Shown one piece after another: positions 40,780 to 52,606 of a stretch of DNA of 64,000 nucleotides. The notes beneath the pieces are model-generated. The model worked only from the letters and a program-made list of their open reading frames with translations, did not search any database and was not told the DNA's origin. Numbering within the stretch: position 1 is the first letter of the stretch; every line of letters starts with the position of its first letter. A program made the position numbers and the translations under genes. Source of the stretch: Epithemia pelagica (lineage: Eukaryota; Protista; Bacillariophyta); assembly GCA_946965045.2 (NCBI GenBank), contig OX337229.1:868001-932000 (forward strand). The letters run 5' to 3'.

Positions 40780-42092
40780 CTACTTGCGCGTATCCACGAC
40801 AACGGGTCCATTCTTAAAGGCTGGCATGCTGTTTCTTATCTTTTCCAAGGATTCTTTCCAGTCCTTGGCACCTTCTGAGGCAGCAACGGCTCCCATGGCT
40901 TCCATTTTGGCAGCTTCCTCTTCTGGCGAAACCATGGTGAGTGAGACCTTGCGGTCAGCAATGGCCTTGACTCGTACTTGCACCTTGTCGTCCACCGACA
41001 CGACGCTTTCGACCGACGAGGCACGTCCGGCCGTCAAGGCCGATATATGGACCAACCCATCAAATTCCCCCGTCACATCTTCTTGCAACTGCGAAGCTTC
41101 AATTCGTACAAAGGCTCCAAAATCCACCGTGCTGACAACCGTACCTTCGACAAATTGTTCGGAATTCCATCCCTTTTCGGCCAATTGCGCCAAGACAGCA
41201 CTGTCGTCGCGACGGTTGGAGCTTCGTTGCGGGCGTTCGCGGGATTCCCGAGAACGGTTGGCAGCCTCCTTGGCCGATTCTTCTTGTTCTTCCGTCAAGA
41301 GCGAGAGAGCGACTTGTCCCTTGTTGGCGTCAATTTTGATGATTCGTACATCCACTTCTTGGCCCGCTTCCAACACAGAGCTCACATCGGAAACATAGTC
41401 AACGGAGAGCTGCGAAATGTGCAACAGACCGTCGGTCGTGGCACCAATATCCAAAAAGGCACCATAACTGGCAATGGCCTTGACCTTCGCCTTGACCGTG
41501 TCGCCCACATTGAATTCGGAAATGGGCTTTCCACGAGGACCCTTTTTCCGAAGAGATTTACGAGCGGGACGGTCGGCGTTGTGTGCCTCTTCAGAGCTTT
41601 CAATACCATCCAGAGCCTCTACTTCCGAGGGCACTTCCTCCTCGGTCTCTGCGGGCGTTTCTTCCACCACATCCGCAAAGAGCCGGGTGGTTTGTCTACG
41701 ACGGTTGGCCGTTCTGGAACAACTCACACAAAGGCACAAATAATTATGAGCTGGAGCTGTTTCTGATGTTACTACTGCAGTGGATGTAGTGGATGGACCA
41801 GAAGATCTGTGTTGGGGAACAAAGGCTGTCACGAAACATCAACAGTAATTAAGAAGGGAGATAGAAAGGTTCGAACACAACAATGTAAGATCAGTTTGAT
41901 CAAAAAGTCTTTCCATTCTAAACCGGAGACACCGCGAGAGTCGCTACCAAAACTACGGAAGAAAGGACACTGTATGAACCTCAACAAAGTGGTTCATCGC
42001 GATTTGTCTCGCGTACCTGTCAATGGTCTTGGCGCAAACGCAGTCGACGTTGCGGCAAACAAGAGAAATGATGCAGCTTCCTTGAACAGCAT
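40780..42092 (-). CDS. Plastid-targeted protein with two S1 RNA-binding domains (S1/PSRP7-like), 2 exons (42092-42017, 41825-40780)
   Basis: Exon 1 MLFKEAASFLLFAATSTA-FAP; phase-1 intron 41826-42016; S1 motifs VKAIASYGAFLDIGATTDGLLHISQL and VSTVDFGAFV...DGLVHISAL. Confidence 0.8.
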
Positions 42093-42593
42093 AGTTGTGG
42101 TGGTGGATATATATGTTGCTGGTTGTTTGGTTGCCGGTTCAAGAGTTCACAGCCATGCAAGAAGTCCTTGTGCTTTTGGTGACTGGACAATTCTTTGTTG
42201 CAATGGTGATGGCCCGTCATGTCGTCGTCCGTCAGTGATCTTACTTTCTGGGGACTTTTAGTTACAACCCATCGGAATGGTGCATTATTTTGATAGAGTA
42301 TGATTATCTACAATCATAAACCAAAATATTTCACGGAAGTATATCGGACGCGAGGGAGTCCACGCACACCCACGTACTTCCATGAAAGTTGATGGCTGAC
42401 GGACTAAGAAGCACAACCATCCATCGTGGTTCTCTTCTTTGCGATAGCAAGCAGCAGCAGTGACAGTGTGTCTCTGTGTTGGCGTCCTTCTGGTTCGACA
42501 AGCGCAATTCCATCATCTCTCCTCTCGTGACACATCACCAGAGTGTGTTGCAGTTTGTTGTTATCCAGACGACAAGATACATCAACAGCAATC

Positions 42594-43102
42594 ATGAACA
42601 ACGTTTTGCTCTCTATTGTCTGCCTCCTTCTAGTGGCTCAGTCCGCCTTTTCGTTTGCCCCTCAATCGTTGTTTGGCGTCCGAACCACCCCGGTGAGGTA
42701 AGCCCATGAGACAGAAAACAACATGATCCTAAATGTCTGCATACTCTGTTGAACTGTTGTTGATCGATGGTGCTTGATTTTCTTCAGTGCCTTTACATTT
42801 GACGGAGTTTAGACTTTTGCTATCATGTTGCTCTGGTTTAGGTCATATACTCACTTTATTCTATCAATGGTTGCTTTCTTTCTTTTCTTACTCTCTATTT
42901 GTTGTTTAGTGCCACATCTCCCTTGTTTGCCAAGCATGTCAATGACAAGGCCGCTCGATGGGCCGCTTCGAAGCGACCGAAAAAGTCACGTCCTTCGGAT
43001 ATCAATCGCAAACCCATTGTCTACGAATTGACATCCATGGCCAAACCACCGGAATACACCATTTCGGATGCTCCCGCCGAACCAGCGGTCAAGCCACAAT
43101 AA
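42594..43102 (+). CDS. PSRP6: Plastid-specific ribosomal protein PSRP6 (cL38)-like, 2 exons (42594-42697, 42910-43102)
   Basis: Bipartite leader MNNVLLSIVCLLLVAQSAFS-FAP; mature KRPKKSRPSDINRKPIVY...PPEYT matches the plant PSRP6 core RPKKxxPxDIxRKPxVY as recalled from memory; phase-2 GT-AG intron 42698-42909. Confidence 0.65.
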
Positions 43103-43426
43103 GAAGAAGATGATATACGAACAAGACACTCAACGGGAGGCACTCTCAAGTGACATGGGCGACCTTTTGCATCGTAGTGAAAATTGTGTCCCGCAACAGC
43201 AATCTGCGAATATGGCTCTTCTTGTGCAAGGATGTAACACTGTGTCTGGTATATAACCATCCACTTAGTAAGGGACATAAGATAAAGATCGTGTAGAAAC
43301 ATTTGACGTTTTAGCTTTTCGGAGACTGATTTGCGCTTTGAGACCTCGTAGACTGCTAGGTGTAGGTAGACTTTCGAAGGTACCTACCTAAACCTTTTAG
43401 GAAGATGTTATTCCCACGCTTGTTTC

Positions 43427-45445
43427 TTATTGATGTCGTGCCTTTTCCAAGAGTTCTGGGATATCCACGGAAAAGACCTTGTCCATTTCTCGTACAAACT
43501 TTTTGTCCAACTTGGGGAATTCACTCAAGTCTTTGATTTCCTTGAGTGCTTGTCGCATGGGTTCCAATGGTGGAAAGTCTCCCTTGGGCAATCCATATCG
43601 TCGGGCCGCGGCCAAAAATTCCGAATCCAATCGATCAATCAATCGTTTTTGTTTTTCGCGTTTGCCCCAGGTATACGGCAATTGTTTGCGCAAATAATGA
43701 ATAATATAGGCATGCACTTTGACACTGCGTGCTCGCTTCACCATTTCATTGATCCGTCTCATGACGGCGTATTGCGGCAAGGCTGTAATGTCATGCAACA
43801 AATCCATTTCTTCCCGATTCAACAATTCGGCTTGATCGGTGTTTTGCAACGGCACATCCCAAAAACTACCCATGTACACACGAGCCACTTCGGGTGTGTT
43901 CATCACCTTGCCCAATTGCCACATGAGTGCGCCGTAGACACGCATCAGTTGTTGGGTGGACACACTGTCGGCCTTGTTCAAGACAATCCGAATCTTGTCG
44001 GAATGGGCCGTCAACAAATGCATGACGCGTTTCAATTCATCGGAAATATCGAGTTTGTAGGCATCAAACATGATGATAATCAAATCGGATCGTTCGGCAA
44101 ACCATTTCATGACGCCTTCGTAATCGTAATTCCGGGCACGTTGTTTTTGACCCGACAATATACCGGGTGTATCGACCAAGGTGACATTTTTCAAAATGGG
44201 GGCATCCAATTCCGAGCCTTCCATGCGCGACAAAAAGTTGTTTCCAAAGGGATTCAAACCGGTAAAGGGTCGATGGGCCTGTGAACACAGAGCAGCTCCC
44301 GGAATCACCTTGTCTTGATGTCCCCACAAAACGGCTGTGAAACGATCCGTGGTAGGTTCGGGGCCAATCCGAATGCCGGGAAAATCGCGACCCAACAAGT
44401 ACTTGATAAAGGAGGTTTTGCCGACACTGTATTGTCCCAACAAGAGAATCATGGGCGGAGCATCAAAGTCGGAGGGACTGAGGGGTGGCGAACCAAAGTG
44501 TCCATATCGGGACGCAATTTCCAGGGGTAATATTTTACGACGATACAAACGTGCCAAACCACGCAGAATGTATTCCTTGTCAAAACTAGACAAATCCATG
44601 CCGCCACTCTTTTCCTTGTTGCTACTGTCTTCGTCCCACATTTGTTCCGTAGTAGGACCTGTGGGAGGTTGTTGTTGTGGTGGTTGTTGTTGTTGTTGGG
44701 GAAAGGGTGGTTGTTGTTGTGGGTAGGGTGGTGGTATTCTTTCATTGGGCAGAGGACGATAGGACTGTCTCGATGCGGGGGTGGTGACCATCGATGGATC
44801 ACCTGGTAAGGGTGGCGGTGATTGTCCATACCCTGGTCCTCCATATGCATAGGGTGGTTGTTGCTGTTGCTGTTGTGGAGGATACTGAGCATAGGGTTGC
44901 TGAGGAGGTGGAAATCGAGGTCGTTTGTCTTGGTCCTCATCGTCGTCATCATCATCATCATCCTCATCTTCGTCAAAGGGCAATCCATCTGGAAGTCTTG
45001 GAGGAGGTAAATTGGGAGGTGGTCCTGCTGCATATTGATTGTTGTTGTATCCTTGTGTTGGTCGATCCGAATACAGTTGTTGATGTTTTTGTTGTTGGTG
45101 TGGTGGTGGATTCGGATTGTACGTGGGTGGATAGGGAGATTGTCCATCCATTCGTTGTTGCTCTGGTCTCCCTTGCATATAATTCGATGGACCATCGTCT
45201 CGAGTTCCTCCTCGTATGGCTATTGGTGTTGTTGCTGCTGCTGTTGTTCTGGTTGTCAGTTTCTGGGTAACTTTTCGTTGCCATGGCAACCAAGCACGAG
45301 GCCGAAAGGAGATTGCCGTCACAGCTCCTCCTATTGTCAAGTTGATTGGAGACACTACCGAAAGATGAATCCAAATCAGTGCCTCTACCAGTAGGATCAT
45401 CCTCCATCCTTGTCTGGACGACCATTTCCGTGTCTGTCTCGTCAT
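43427..45445 (-). CDS. EHD/RME-1-like dynamin-superfamily protein lacking the EH domain, with hydrophobic leader and P/Q/Y-rich linker; start uncertain (45577, 45445 or 45400)
   Basis: LLGQYSVGKTSFI, IGPEPTTDRF, VDTPGILSG, FDAYKLDISDE, LNKAD, RVYGALMW, RVYMGSFW; ORF ends shortly after the helical domain. Confidence 0.85.
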   Translation of the reverse strand: MTRQTRKWSSRQGWRMILLVEALIWIHLSVVSPINLTIGGAVTAISFRPRAWLPWQRKVTQKLTTRTTAAATTPIAIRGGTRDDGPSNYMQGRPEQQRMDGQSPYPPTYNPNPPPHQQQKHQQLYSDRPTQGYNNNQYAAGPPPNLPPPRLPDGLPFDEDEDDDDDDDDEDQDKRPRFPPPQQPYAQYPPQQQQQQPPYAYGGPGYGQSPPPLPGDPSMVTTPASRQSYRPLPNERIPPPYPQQQPPFPQQQQQPPQQQPPTGPTTEQMWDEDSSNKEKSGGMDLSSFDKEYILRGLARLYRRKILPLEIASRYGHFGSPPLSPSDFDAPPMILLLGQYSVGKTSFIKYLLGRDFPGIRIGPEPTTDRFTAVLWGHQDKVIPGAALCSQAHRPFTGLNPFGNNFLSRMEGSELDAPILKNVTLVDTPGILSGQKQRARNYDYEGVMKWFAERSDLIIIMFDAYKLDISDELKRVMHLLTAHSDKIRIVLNKADSVSTQQLMRVYGALMWQLGKVMNTPEVARVYMGSFWDVPLQNTDQAELLNREEMDLLHDITALPQYAVMRRINEMVKRARSVKVHAYIIHYLRKQLPYTWGKREKQKRLIDRLDSEFLAAARRYGLPKGDFPPLEPMRQALKEIKDLSEFPKLDKKFVREMDKVFSVDIPELLEKARHQ

Positions 45446-45711
45446 GATGATAGAGAGAGGTAGAGGATGATGTCTTTGGTTTGGCGACAGAAATGATTGT
45501 GATGATGGAACGAACGTTTCGATCATGGTCTTGCTTTGAAAAAGTTCCACGTTGAAAAGATAGAAGGAAAGACTCATAACCTAATCCATCATCCTCGTTG
45601 GTCGCGTTTGGGTCATTGACATCATCCGATCTTTTTCTCATTCACACAATCTTTTTCTCGCCGTCGTCGTCATCAGTCATCCTCCTCCTAACCAAGAGAG
45701 AATCTGCCTGA

Positions 45712-46992
45712 ATGGTGTTTGCCAAGGTATCCAATTGGGGAAGGGCTCGTCGTCGTGGTCTTGTGAGTGGATTTTCGTCGCACTGGTTGCTCTGGTCGTC
45801 CTACTCGTATTATTATTGTTCGTATTCGGCATGGTTCTCGAACCACATGTCCACTGCCGCCGCCGCCATGTCCACGTCCTCGTCGTCTGGACGCAGTATT
45901 GAAATCTCCATTGCCAAGGCCTTGGAGTTGCATGCCCAACAACAACAACAACAATCCGAAAAAGACCAAAACCACAAACCCGTCGTATTTGTAGATGGAT
46001 CCTGGTGGATGCCAAATGCCCCCGTGACGGCTCGAGCCCAATTTGAAGCTGGTCCCCGGATTGCCGGTGCCCAGTTTTTGGACATTGACAATGTCAGTCG
46101 TCAAGAGGAATCGGTTCGGCATTTGAGTCACATGATGCCCACTCCCACCTTGTTTGCCGCTGCCATGGATGCCATGGACATTACCAACGACCATTGTATC
46201 ATTTTGTATGGACAACCCGCCTGTCCCTTTGTCCACCGGGCTTGGTATCTGCTGGTCAGTATGGGACATGGATTGGATCAAACACTCTTGTTGCAAGGCT
46301 CCTTGGACGATTGGAAAAGGGCCGGAGGTCCCATGGACGAGGCACCCACACAAGTTCAGTTACAAGATGCCCAACAATTGGACCTGACCAAACCTACCAA
46401 GTATCAGCCAAGACCCTTGTCCAATGTCGTGGTGAATTTGGAGGAAATGAAGTCCATTGTGACGACGACGCCATTGCAAACCCTGGTCTTGGATGCTCGT
46501 GCGTCGGACCGATTCTTGGCCCAAGTCGATGAACCACGTCCTGGGTTGAAACGAGGACACATGCCGGGAGCATTTAATTTGCCCTTTTTGTCCGTTTTGA
46601 ATCCCAACAATCCAGTTCAATTGAAATCCACCAAGGCATTGACGGAAACCGTCTTTCCGTCCATTGTCACTACAAGCAGCGACGACAACAAGGACAAGAA
46701 GGAGTGGTGGAAGGATGAACAACTCCGCATTGTCACCACATGTGGCAGTGGAACAACGGCCTGTACCTTGGCCGCGGCCTTGATTCAGTGTGGTCGGGAT
46801 CCCTCCACCGTGGCCATTTACGATGGAAGTTGGGCCGAATGGGGAGCGGCGCCCAATGTTCCCATTGTCAATGAACAAGAACAACAAACAGAGGACGCAT
46901 CGAATGAAGCCAACAGCAACAAACGCAAAGCAACGAGCGATGGAGACGCGCCGGATTCTCCTCCCACCAAAGCACCACGATCCAGTGAATAA
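45712..46992 (+). CDS. Tandem-rhodanese 3-mercaptopyruvate/thiosulfate sulfurtransferase
   Basis: DGSWWMP, RIAGAQFLDID, HMMP, DARASDRF, EPRPGLKRGHMPGA, active-site CGSGTTA, YDGSWAEW. Confidence 0.92.
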   Translation: MVFAKVSNWGRARRRGLVSGFSSHWLLWSSYSYYYCSYSAWFSNHMSTAAAAMSTSSSSGRSIEISIAKALELHAQQQQQQSEKDQNHKPVVFVDGSWWMPNAPVTARAQFEAGPRIAGAQFLDIDNVSRQEESVRHLSHMMPTPTLFAAAMDAMDITNDHCIILYGQPACPFVHRAWYLLVSMGHGLDQTLLLQGSLDDWKRAGGPMDEAPTQVQLQDAQQLDLTKPTKYQPRPLSNVVVNLEEMKSIVTTTPLQTLVLDARASDRFLAQVDEPRPGLKRGHMPGAFNLPFLSVLNPNNPVQLKSTKALTETVFPSIVTTSSDDNKDKKEWWKDEQLRIVTTCGSGTTACTLAAALIQCGRDPSTVAIYDGSWAEWGAAPNVPIVNEQEQQTEDASNEANSNKRKATSDGDAPDSPPTKAPRSSE

Positions 46993-47977
46993 AAGAACCA
47001 AACTCAACGTTATCTTCACGATGGGCGGACAAGAATGTCCACGGCTATTTGGTTTCTTTTGAAATACAGACAGTGCTTCATCGGCTGATCTGTGACACTC
47101 TCAAGAGCCTTGCTTTCCGAAGTTGTCAAAAACAACAAGCATAGTCTCCGAAATAAAGTTATTTTTGAAGACAATTCAGAGCTAAGGTCTTCGGCTTCTA
47201 TCATTCATTTGACCTTCATACAAATCTAGAGACCCATTACATTTTCATCCAGGCACTTTAGTGAATAACAGAGAGCGACATGACAAGAAGCAACTATCGT
47301 TCTGTCCTTGGAGTCGGAGCAACACTAGCTACCGCTCCCAAGGATGCCTATCCCCATACAATAGTGAGATATTCCAGTCAAGGCCGCGAAATTGGTCGTG
47401 CGTGTTGCTTGACGGTGTATACATAGTTATCTACTCCCATAGTTTCCCCAAGAATACTGGTTACGAATCGTAGTTTGTACTCCTTCTCACCTACAATATC
47501 ATTGTGAGAAGTATTTTATCAAAGTCTTTTGTCCAGCAGACCCGCTTCCTGGATGGTGGAATAGCCCTTAACCCGTGTTTTAACTATCCATAGCAGTGCC
47601 GGCTTCTCTTCCAAGTCTATGTCTTTTCTATGAAACAGGCATAGCCAGCGAAACATTCGGTCATTTAGGGCAATTGAAAGTTTCTAGTGGGCCCAACCAA
47701 CCACAATTCCCTATGTCGTTGGTAATCTGGTAAGGCGATTTGGTTCCCGGTACACGCACAGAGGCACCACATTTATTTCTCGGTCCAACATACATTCGAC
47801 CACACGAATTGTTGTGTCAACGCCAATACGGCAACACGCAATCGTACCAGAGCCAACCAGTACTCGTTTTACTCCTTGCCCACCACCAAAGCAAGGCGAA
47901 GGACCACAAACAAAAGTAGCTCTTGGCAGGACACGCTGTACATACACATTCCTATTATATAGTTTCGTTCAGTCACT

Positions 47978-48445
47978 ATGAATCGATCCAGTTACCATGG
48001 AAAGCTTGCTCCCAGTGCCAGCGGCGATGAGTCTACGGCGGAAATCTCCTTGAGCTCCATCAATACAGACGTTCATGCCGAAAGTTTATTTGATCGATTG
48101 CAAACATCGTTGGATATGGATACGCACAATCCCATGAATATGCCTTCAACGACCAGTCATTCGACCAGAGCACGACGACATTTGGAGGCCATTATTGCCG
48201 AAGATGGCGAAGGGGATCACGAGGAGGAACACGACGAAGAGGAAGATGACGATGACTTGCTTCAAGAGTCGTTTGCGATTGATGACACTGCAACGAGCAG
48301 CTACTTTGGCAGTTTAGCACAAGCGTCGGCGTCCATGCTCACACTAGACAAGTATGTAAGCGACGTGGATGAAGAAGAGGAAGATGAGGATCTGGTACCA
48401 CCAGCGTCACCATCAACATCATCAGTTCCACACACAGAGGGGTAA
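47978..48445 (+). CDS. Small acidic hypothetical protein, 155 aa
   Basis: ATG-initiated ORF with poly-E/D tracts in otherwise stop-rich intergenic DNA; no domain recognised. Confidence 0.5.
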   Translation: MNRSSYHGKLAPSASGDESTAEISLSSINTDVHAESLFDRLQTSLDMDTHNPMNMPSTTSHSTRARRHLEAIIAEDGEGDHEEEHDEEEDDDDLLQESFAIDDTATSSYFGSLAQASASMLTLDKYVSDVDEEEEDEDLVPPASPSTSSVPHTEG

Positions 48446-49023
48446 TATTACAAGGCTCATGACTATGGGTGTCATGGACTACACAACACAGTGAAGAGAC
48501 AACCACGGATGGGATGACTACAAAGGGTTGCATTCATCGTGTTGTCACTGGTCTCATGATCCTTTAGTTAGCACAACATCATTAATTGATTAGACAAGGG
48601 AATAAATGAATGCATATAGCCGAGAGTCTCCGTGGACTTGATGAAGAAGGCATGCTGTTGTTATCTCCGCTTCTCTTGGTGGTGCCCATTCTTTGCGTAT
48701 AACATAATACTAAGTTTGTGATTCGCCGCATATGAGTCGCGGAAAAGAATACTTCCATGGCTATGCATCGTTCTAGCTAGAGAGAGAAAGATAGACGGTT
48801 TCGTACATTGGTTTCTATGCTTCTAACTGGCGGCTGGGTGTAGGACTGGGAACCAGAGCCGTCATGCCTCTGGACCTTGCCTCATCCGAGTTGCCATGGG
48901 TGTATGTGTGTGCGTTGAGTTGTGCGCTTTTCGGCAGGATTCGCGGCGATTGTCGCTGGACACTGACAAAGGGTGACAAACCCAGCCGTCGTGTGCCTCG
49001 TGTGCCTCCTCATGCGTTTATTA

Positions 49024-50865
49024 TTACACCATGGGCGTATGGAGCGATGCAGTCAATACTTTATGCAAGGGATTGTTGCGATACTGCAATTGCAGAGTTT
49101 CACGTGGTCCTTGGTCCTCCCGTGTTGGGTGGGAGGTGGTTTCGGTGCATGCTGGGACACTACCGGTTGTGGCAACCGAGTCGTTGGGTTTGTTGGACCA
49201 GGAATAAAAGGAAAAAATATCGGCATTGGATGACATCAACGCTGTGGTCAAGGTCTTGGAGGAGGAGGAGGATTCTACCACTGTAGTTGTTGGTTTGTGG
49301 GAAGCCTTGGAGGAGGAGGAGGAGCTTGTCTTGCGCGGAGAGGAGTTGCTTTTGCGACGACCACCCTCACTGTCACGACGACGACGACGAGACGAAGACG
49401 ACACGGCATGGTCCCCTGCCGTTACCAGAGGTGGCGGTGGTGGTGGTACCATTATGGCCAGGGGCGTTCCTCCACAATGCACTTGTCGGGCCTTGAATTC
49501 GGCCACCGTGGGAGGACAAACACCTCGACTGGTCCGCGGCGATGCCAAGGCCGTGGCATTGGTGGTGGACAGTGAGGAGGAGGAGGAGGACAAGTATTTG
49601 GGACGACCACTACGCTTGAGGTTGTGGTTGTTGCTGCAGCTGCTATTATTGCTGAGGCGTGGTGAATGAGAAGATTGACTGGTACCACCCGTCTCCTCGG
49701 GCGTGTGGGACAAGCAAGACGAGGAGGAACTCAAGCCATGATGACTGTGACTCAAACTGGAAGAGGAGGAATTCCAAAGCTTGTTCATGCTGCTGCTGCT
49801 GCTGCTGCCATGATAGCTTCGATGCAAGGAGGACAAGCTATCGTGGCTGCTGGGTTTGGGTTTGGTCTTGTTCGGGCTACTGCTTCCTCCATGGTGACTT
49901 TTGGATCCCAAGAGGAGGGGCGCTTGCAACTGTTGTACCATGTCGGTGAGTGTGATGCGCCGAGACGAGCGAGAGACGGGTGTTTTGGCACTGGACGACG
50001 ACAAGGGCGAAGAGGACGCCAATTTGTTTCGGACCGATCGATGGTGTTTGGCATGGCTGTGGTTGCTGCTCTTGGGTGTACTGGGCAAACTGCTGCTGAT
50101 CGAACTGGTACTGCTGCTGCTACTCCCAGGAGTCCGAGGAGACGGGACCACTTTGCGCTTGCTTTTTTTGCTGGAGGTGGGTGTCAGGGGACTCTCATTC
50201 GTGTGGGTGCTACCACCACTGCTTGCACTACTCGTACTGGTGCTCGTGCTGGTGGTACCACCACTCTTGGTCGTACTCAAGGTGGCACCGGACGACTGGG
50301 TCGTTGGTTTCGTTCTCGACCCACACGATTGTTTTCGTCGACTCTTTCTGCTGCTGCTGCTTTGTTGGAGCGAGGACAAGGACTTGACCGATCGAGACCG
50401 TGCCAGTGGACGACGCATGACCTTTTTGGGATCCCCCAAACCTTGTAGGAGCTGTTCGTCGTCGTTCCTGGGAGTGGGTTCCAGAGATTGGGCAGCAGCT
50501 GCTGCTTGTGGTGCTGGTGCTTGTGGTTTTGTTTTCTTCTTGGTCTTCTTTTGGGGAGGTGTCACTGCCGACAGGGCCCGTTGTTCTCGTGTGAGCCATT
50601 GTTTTAGTGGCAATTGTCCATGTTGAATGGCATCGGACCATTCGGTACGAATCACCACAAAGGGTGAATCCTCTCCCTCCTCCTCCTCATCATCGTAGTA
50701 GGACAAGGACTGTTCCGTCAAGTCTTCGTCACTTTCCAGGCCGGCGGCCTTTTTTCCTCCTCCACCACGTCGTTTTGACGACGACGATGAGGTGGGCATG
50801 GACTTGAGGGAACGCGACGAGAGAGCCTTGGACAAGACGCGTTGGTTGGCTGTTGTTTGCATCAT
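49024..50865 (-). CDS. Ser/Lys/Arg-rich disordered protein, paralogue A
   Basis: Long ORF, first ATG at 50865; shares three C-terminal motifs with 52607-54184. Confidence 0.7.
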   Translation of the reverse strand: MMQTTANQRVLSKALSSRSLKSMPTSSSSSKRRGGGGKKAAGLESDEDLTEQSLSYYDDEEEEGEDSPFVVIRTEWSDAIQHGQLPLKQWLTREQRALSAVTPPQKKTKKKTKPQAPAPQAAAAAQSLEPTPRNDDEQLLQGLGDPKKVMRRPLARSRSVKSLSSLQQSSSSRKSRRKQSCGSRTKPTTQSSGATLSTTKSGGTTSTSTSTSSASSGGSTHTNESPLTPTSSKKSKRKVVPSPRTPGSSSSSTSSISSSLPSTPKSSNHSHAKHHRSVRNKLASSSPLSSSSAKTPVSRSSRRITLTDMVQQLQAPLLLGSKSHHGGSSSPNKTKPKPSSHDSLSSLHRSYHGSSSSSSMNKLWNSSSSSLSHSHHGLSSSSSCLSHTPEETGGTSQSSHSPRLSNNSSCSNNHNLKRSGRPKYLSSSSSSLSTTNATALASPRTSRGVCPPTVAEFKARQVHCGGTPLAIMVPPPPPPLVTAGDHAVSSSSRRRRRDSEGGRRKSNSSPRKTSSSSSSKASHKPTTTVVESSSSSKTLTTALMSSNADIFSFYSWSNKPNDSVATTGSVPACTETTSHPTREDQGPRETLQLQYRNNPLHKVLTASLHTPMV

Positions 50866-52606
50866 TTTGCCATGTGCCTTTCCAACAAACTCGACAGATT
50901 TCTGGTTGTGGTTGTTGTTGTGTTTCTTTTGTGAGATGAGGAAACACTGGAATTCGTGACGCAATGACACGATCACCGCCTCGTGGTGGAATCGTTGTTT
51001 GTATGTGTGTTGGGTTCGACTTCAAAAACAAAAAACAACTTCTTGTGCTCGTTTTCGTTAAGCAGAGATGGTAGATGGAGGGGACTCTACACAAGGGTGG
51101 GATTAAGATGCCCGTGTTTGTCCTTCATAGAGGCAATGAGAACACAGAGACTCGTACGAATAATAATAATATCCGGAATGAATCGTGTGTTGCTGTTTGC
51201 TGTCGCTTGTCGCATCATTTGTTGTTGTGCCGTTTGTCCGACGCTTGACTTTGTGAAGGAACGAGAATAGGCACTTATTGGATTCCGAGTCCCGAATTCT
51301 CGGGCCCTTTCCGTTTCTGAAAATGGACTGTACAATTATCAGATCCCCCGCTTCCCCCGAACTACAAGCCCAACCAGATATTGTCAAGGAATAGATCCAA
51401 AAATCCTTTGGGAGTTGTGAGGAATGGAAGCTGTCACAACCAGGCGCGATAGGCTTGAGAGTCTCGATGAAGGCTCAATGAGAGATTTCGCCTTTCGTTT
51501 CAAGAAAAATCTGGGGTGTGGAGCTGAGACGTTTTTGGCCGCTGTCGAGTGTCCACCCGGTTCGGGTTCTAGTACCAGTGGTATACCGTATCCCGAAGAC
51601 GAAGACACTATGGGCAAGCACAATGCTGTGACGTTGGCGAAGTTTGATCGCCCTCTGTGGGTTCCAGCAGTCACCATCAACTCCTCCATTGTACTATTAA
51701 ACTATGAGCATTTAGTAGTAACACATTTGTGTGCATCTCATTCACCCCACACAAAATCCGTGGCCTTGTCCCGATGATCGCGTGAAAGGGTTTGATCGGA
51801 AACGTTTACATGGTAGACCTCAAGAGTTATGGATTCGATTCACGGAACGACTTTTTTCCAGAGTTCAGTGATTCCGAAACATGGCTCTCAAATCTCAGAC
51901 CGTTGCAAATCTTTTCCCCAAGAGAGAACACTGGGAACGCCCCGGGTACCTTGCAGTATTTCGTGTCATTGCCAAAGGGAATAGACGTCTGGTTGCGTGA
52001 TTTACGCTCCTGCACACTAGGTAGAGTTTCTGACGAATGAAACCCGCTTGAGTTGGGGATGGTCGTCCTCTCTGTCGGAGGCTGTGGTCATGGCGTTGCC
52101 TTTCTCACAAAAGAATGGAGCCATGTGCGCGCTCTCTTGTAGCTCCTAATCCATTCCCGTGCGGGACCACAAGACGCAACCTTCTAACCCATCTCTATCT
52201 ATGCAACGACGAACGATTCTATGAAACCATAATCTCGCCTCACTACTAGCTACATCCTGTTGTTGCCCCAAGTCATATGTTCAAGTAGTAGACGTATTTG
52301 GAACGAAGGCGTTCCACACATTGTGAGCAGGACTCTGTAAACCGAAACACACCGTATCCCCCTCTAGCTAGAGAGCGTTCGCAGTGTCATGTGTTCCTCC
52401 ACACGGCAAACTCTCTCTAGATAGGTAGGTAGGATACCCGTCGCTCAGTGTCCGCTTTCTCTCTGTTCTTCACCGCAAAAAGTGTCGTCCAAAAGAGCGA
52501 CGCCGTCAGGTCTGGTTGGGGCCCGACCACAGCAGCCCACTTCACAGACAATGGTGATACGACACGCGCGCTGTGATTGTTGTGATTGTTGTTCCTACGG
52601 TAGTTC

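Noticed and set aside
44640-45250. Triplet microsatellite-like runs (CAA/CAG/GAT/GAG) here and in other genes
   Set aside because: They encode poly-Q/N/D/E/S tracts, which are ordinary for this genome; not CRISPR or satellite arrays
51000-52600. ORFs of 82-117 aa between the Ser-rich paralogues
   Set aside because: No recognisable motifs, conflicting strands and no convincing splice model; treated as intergenic
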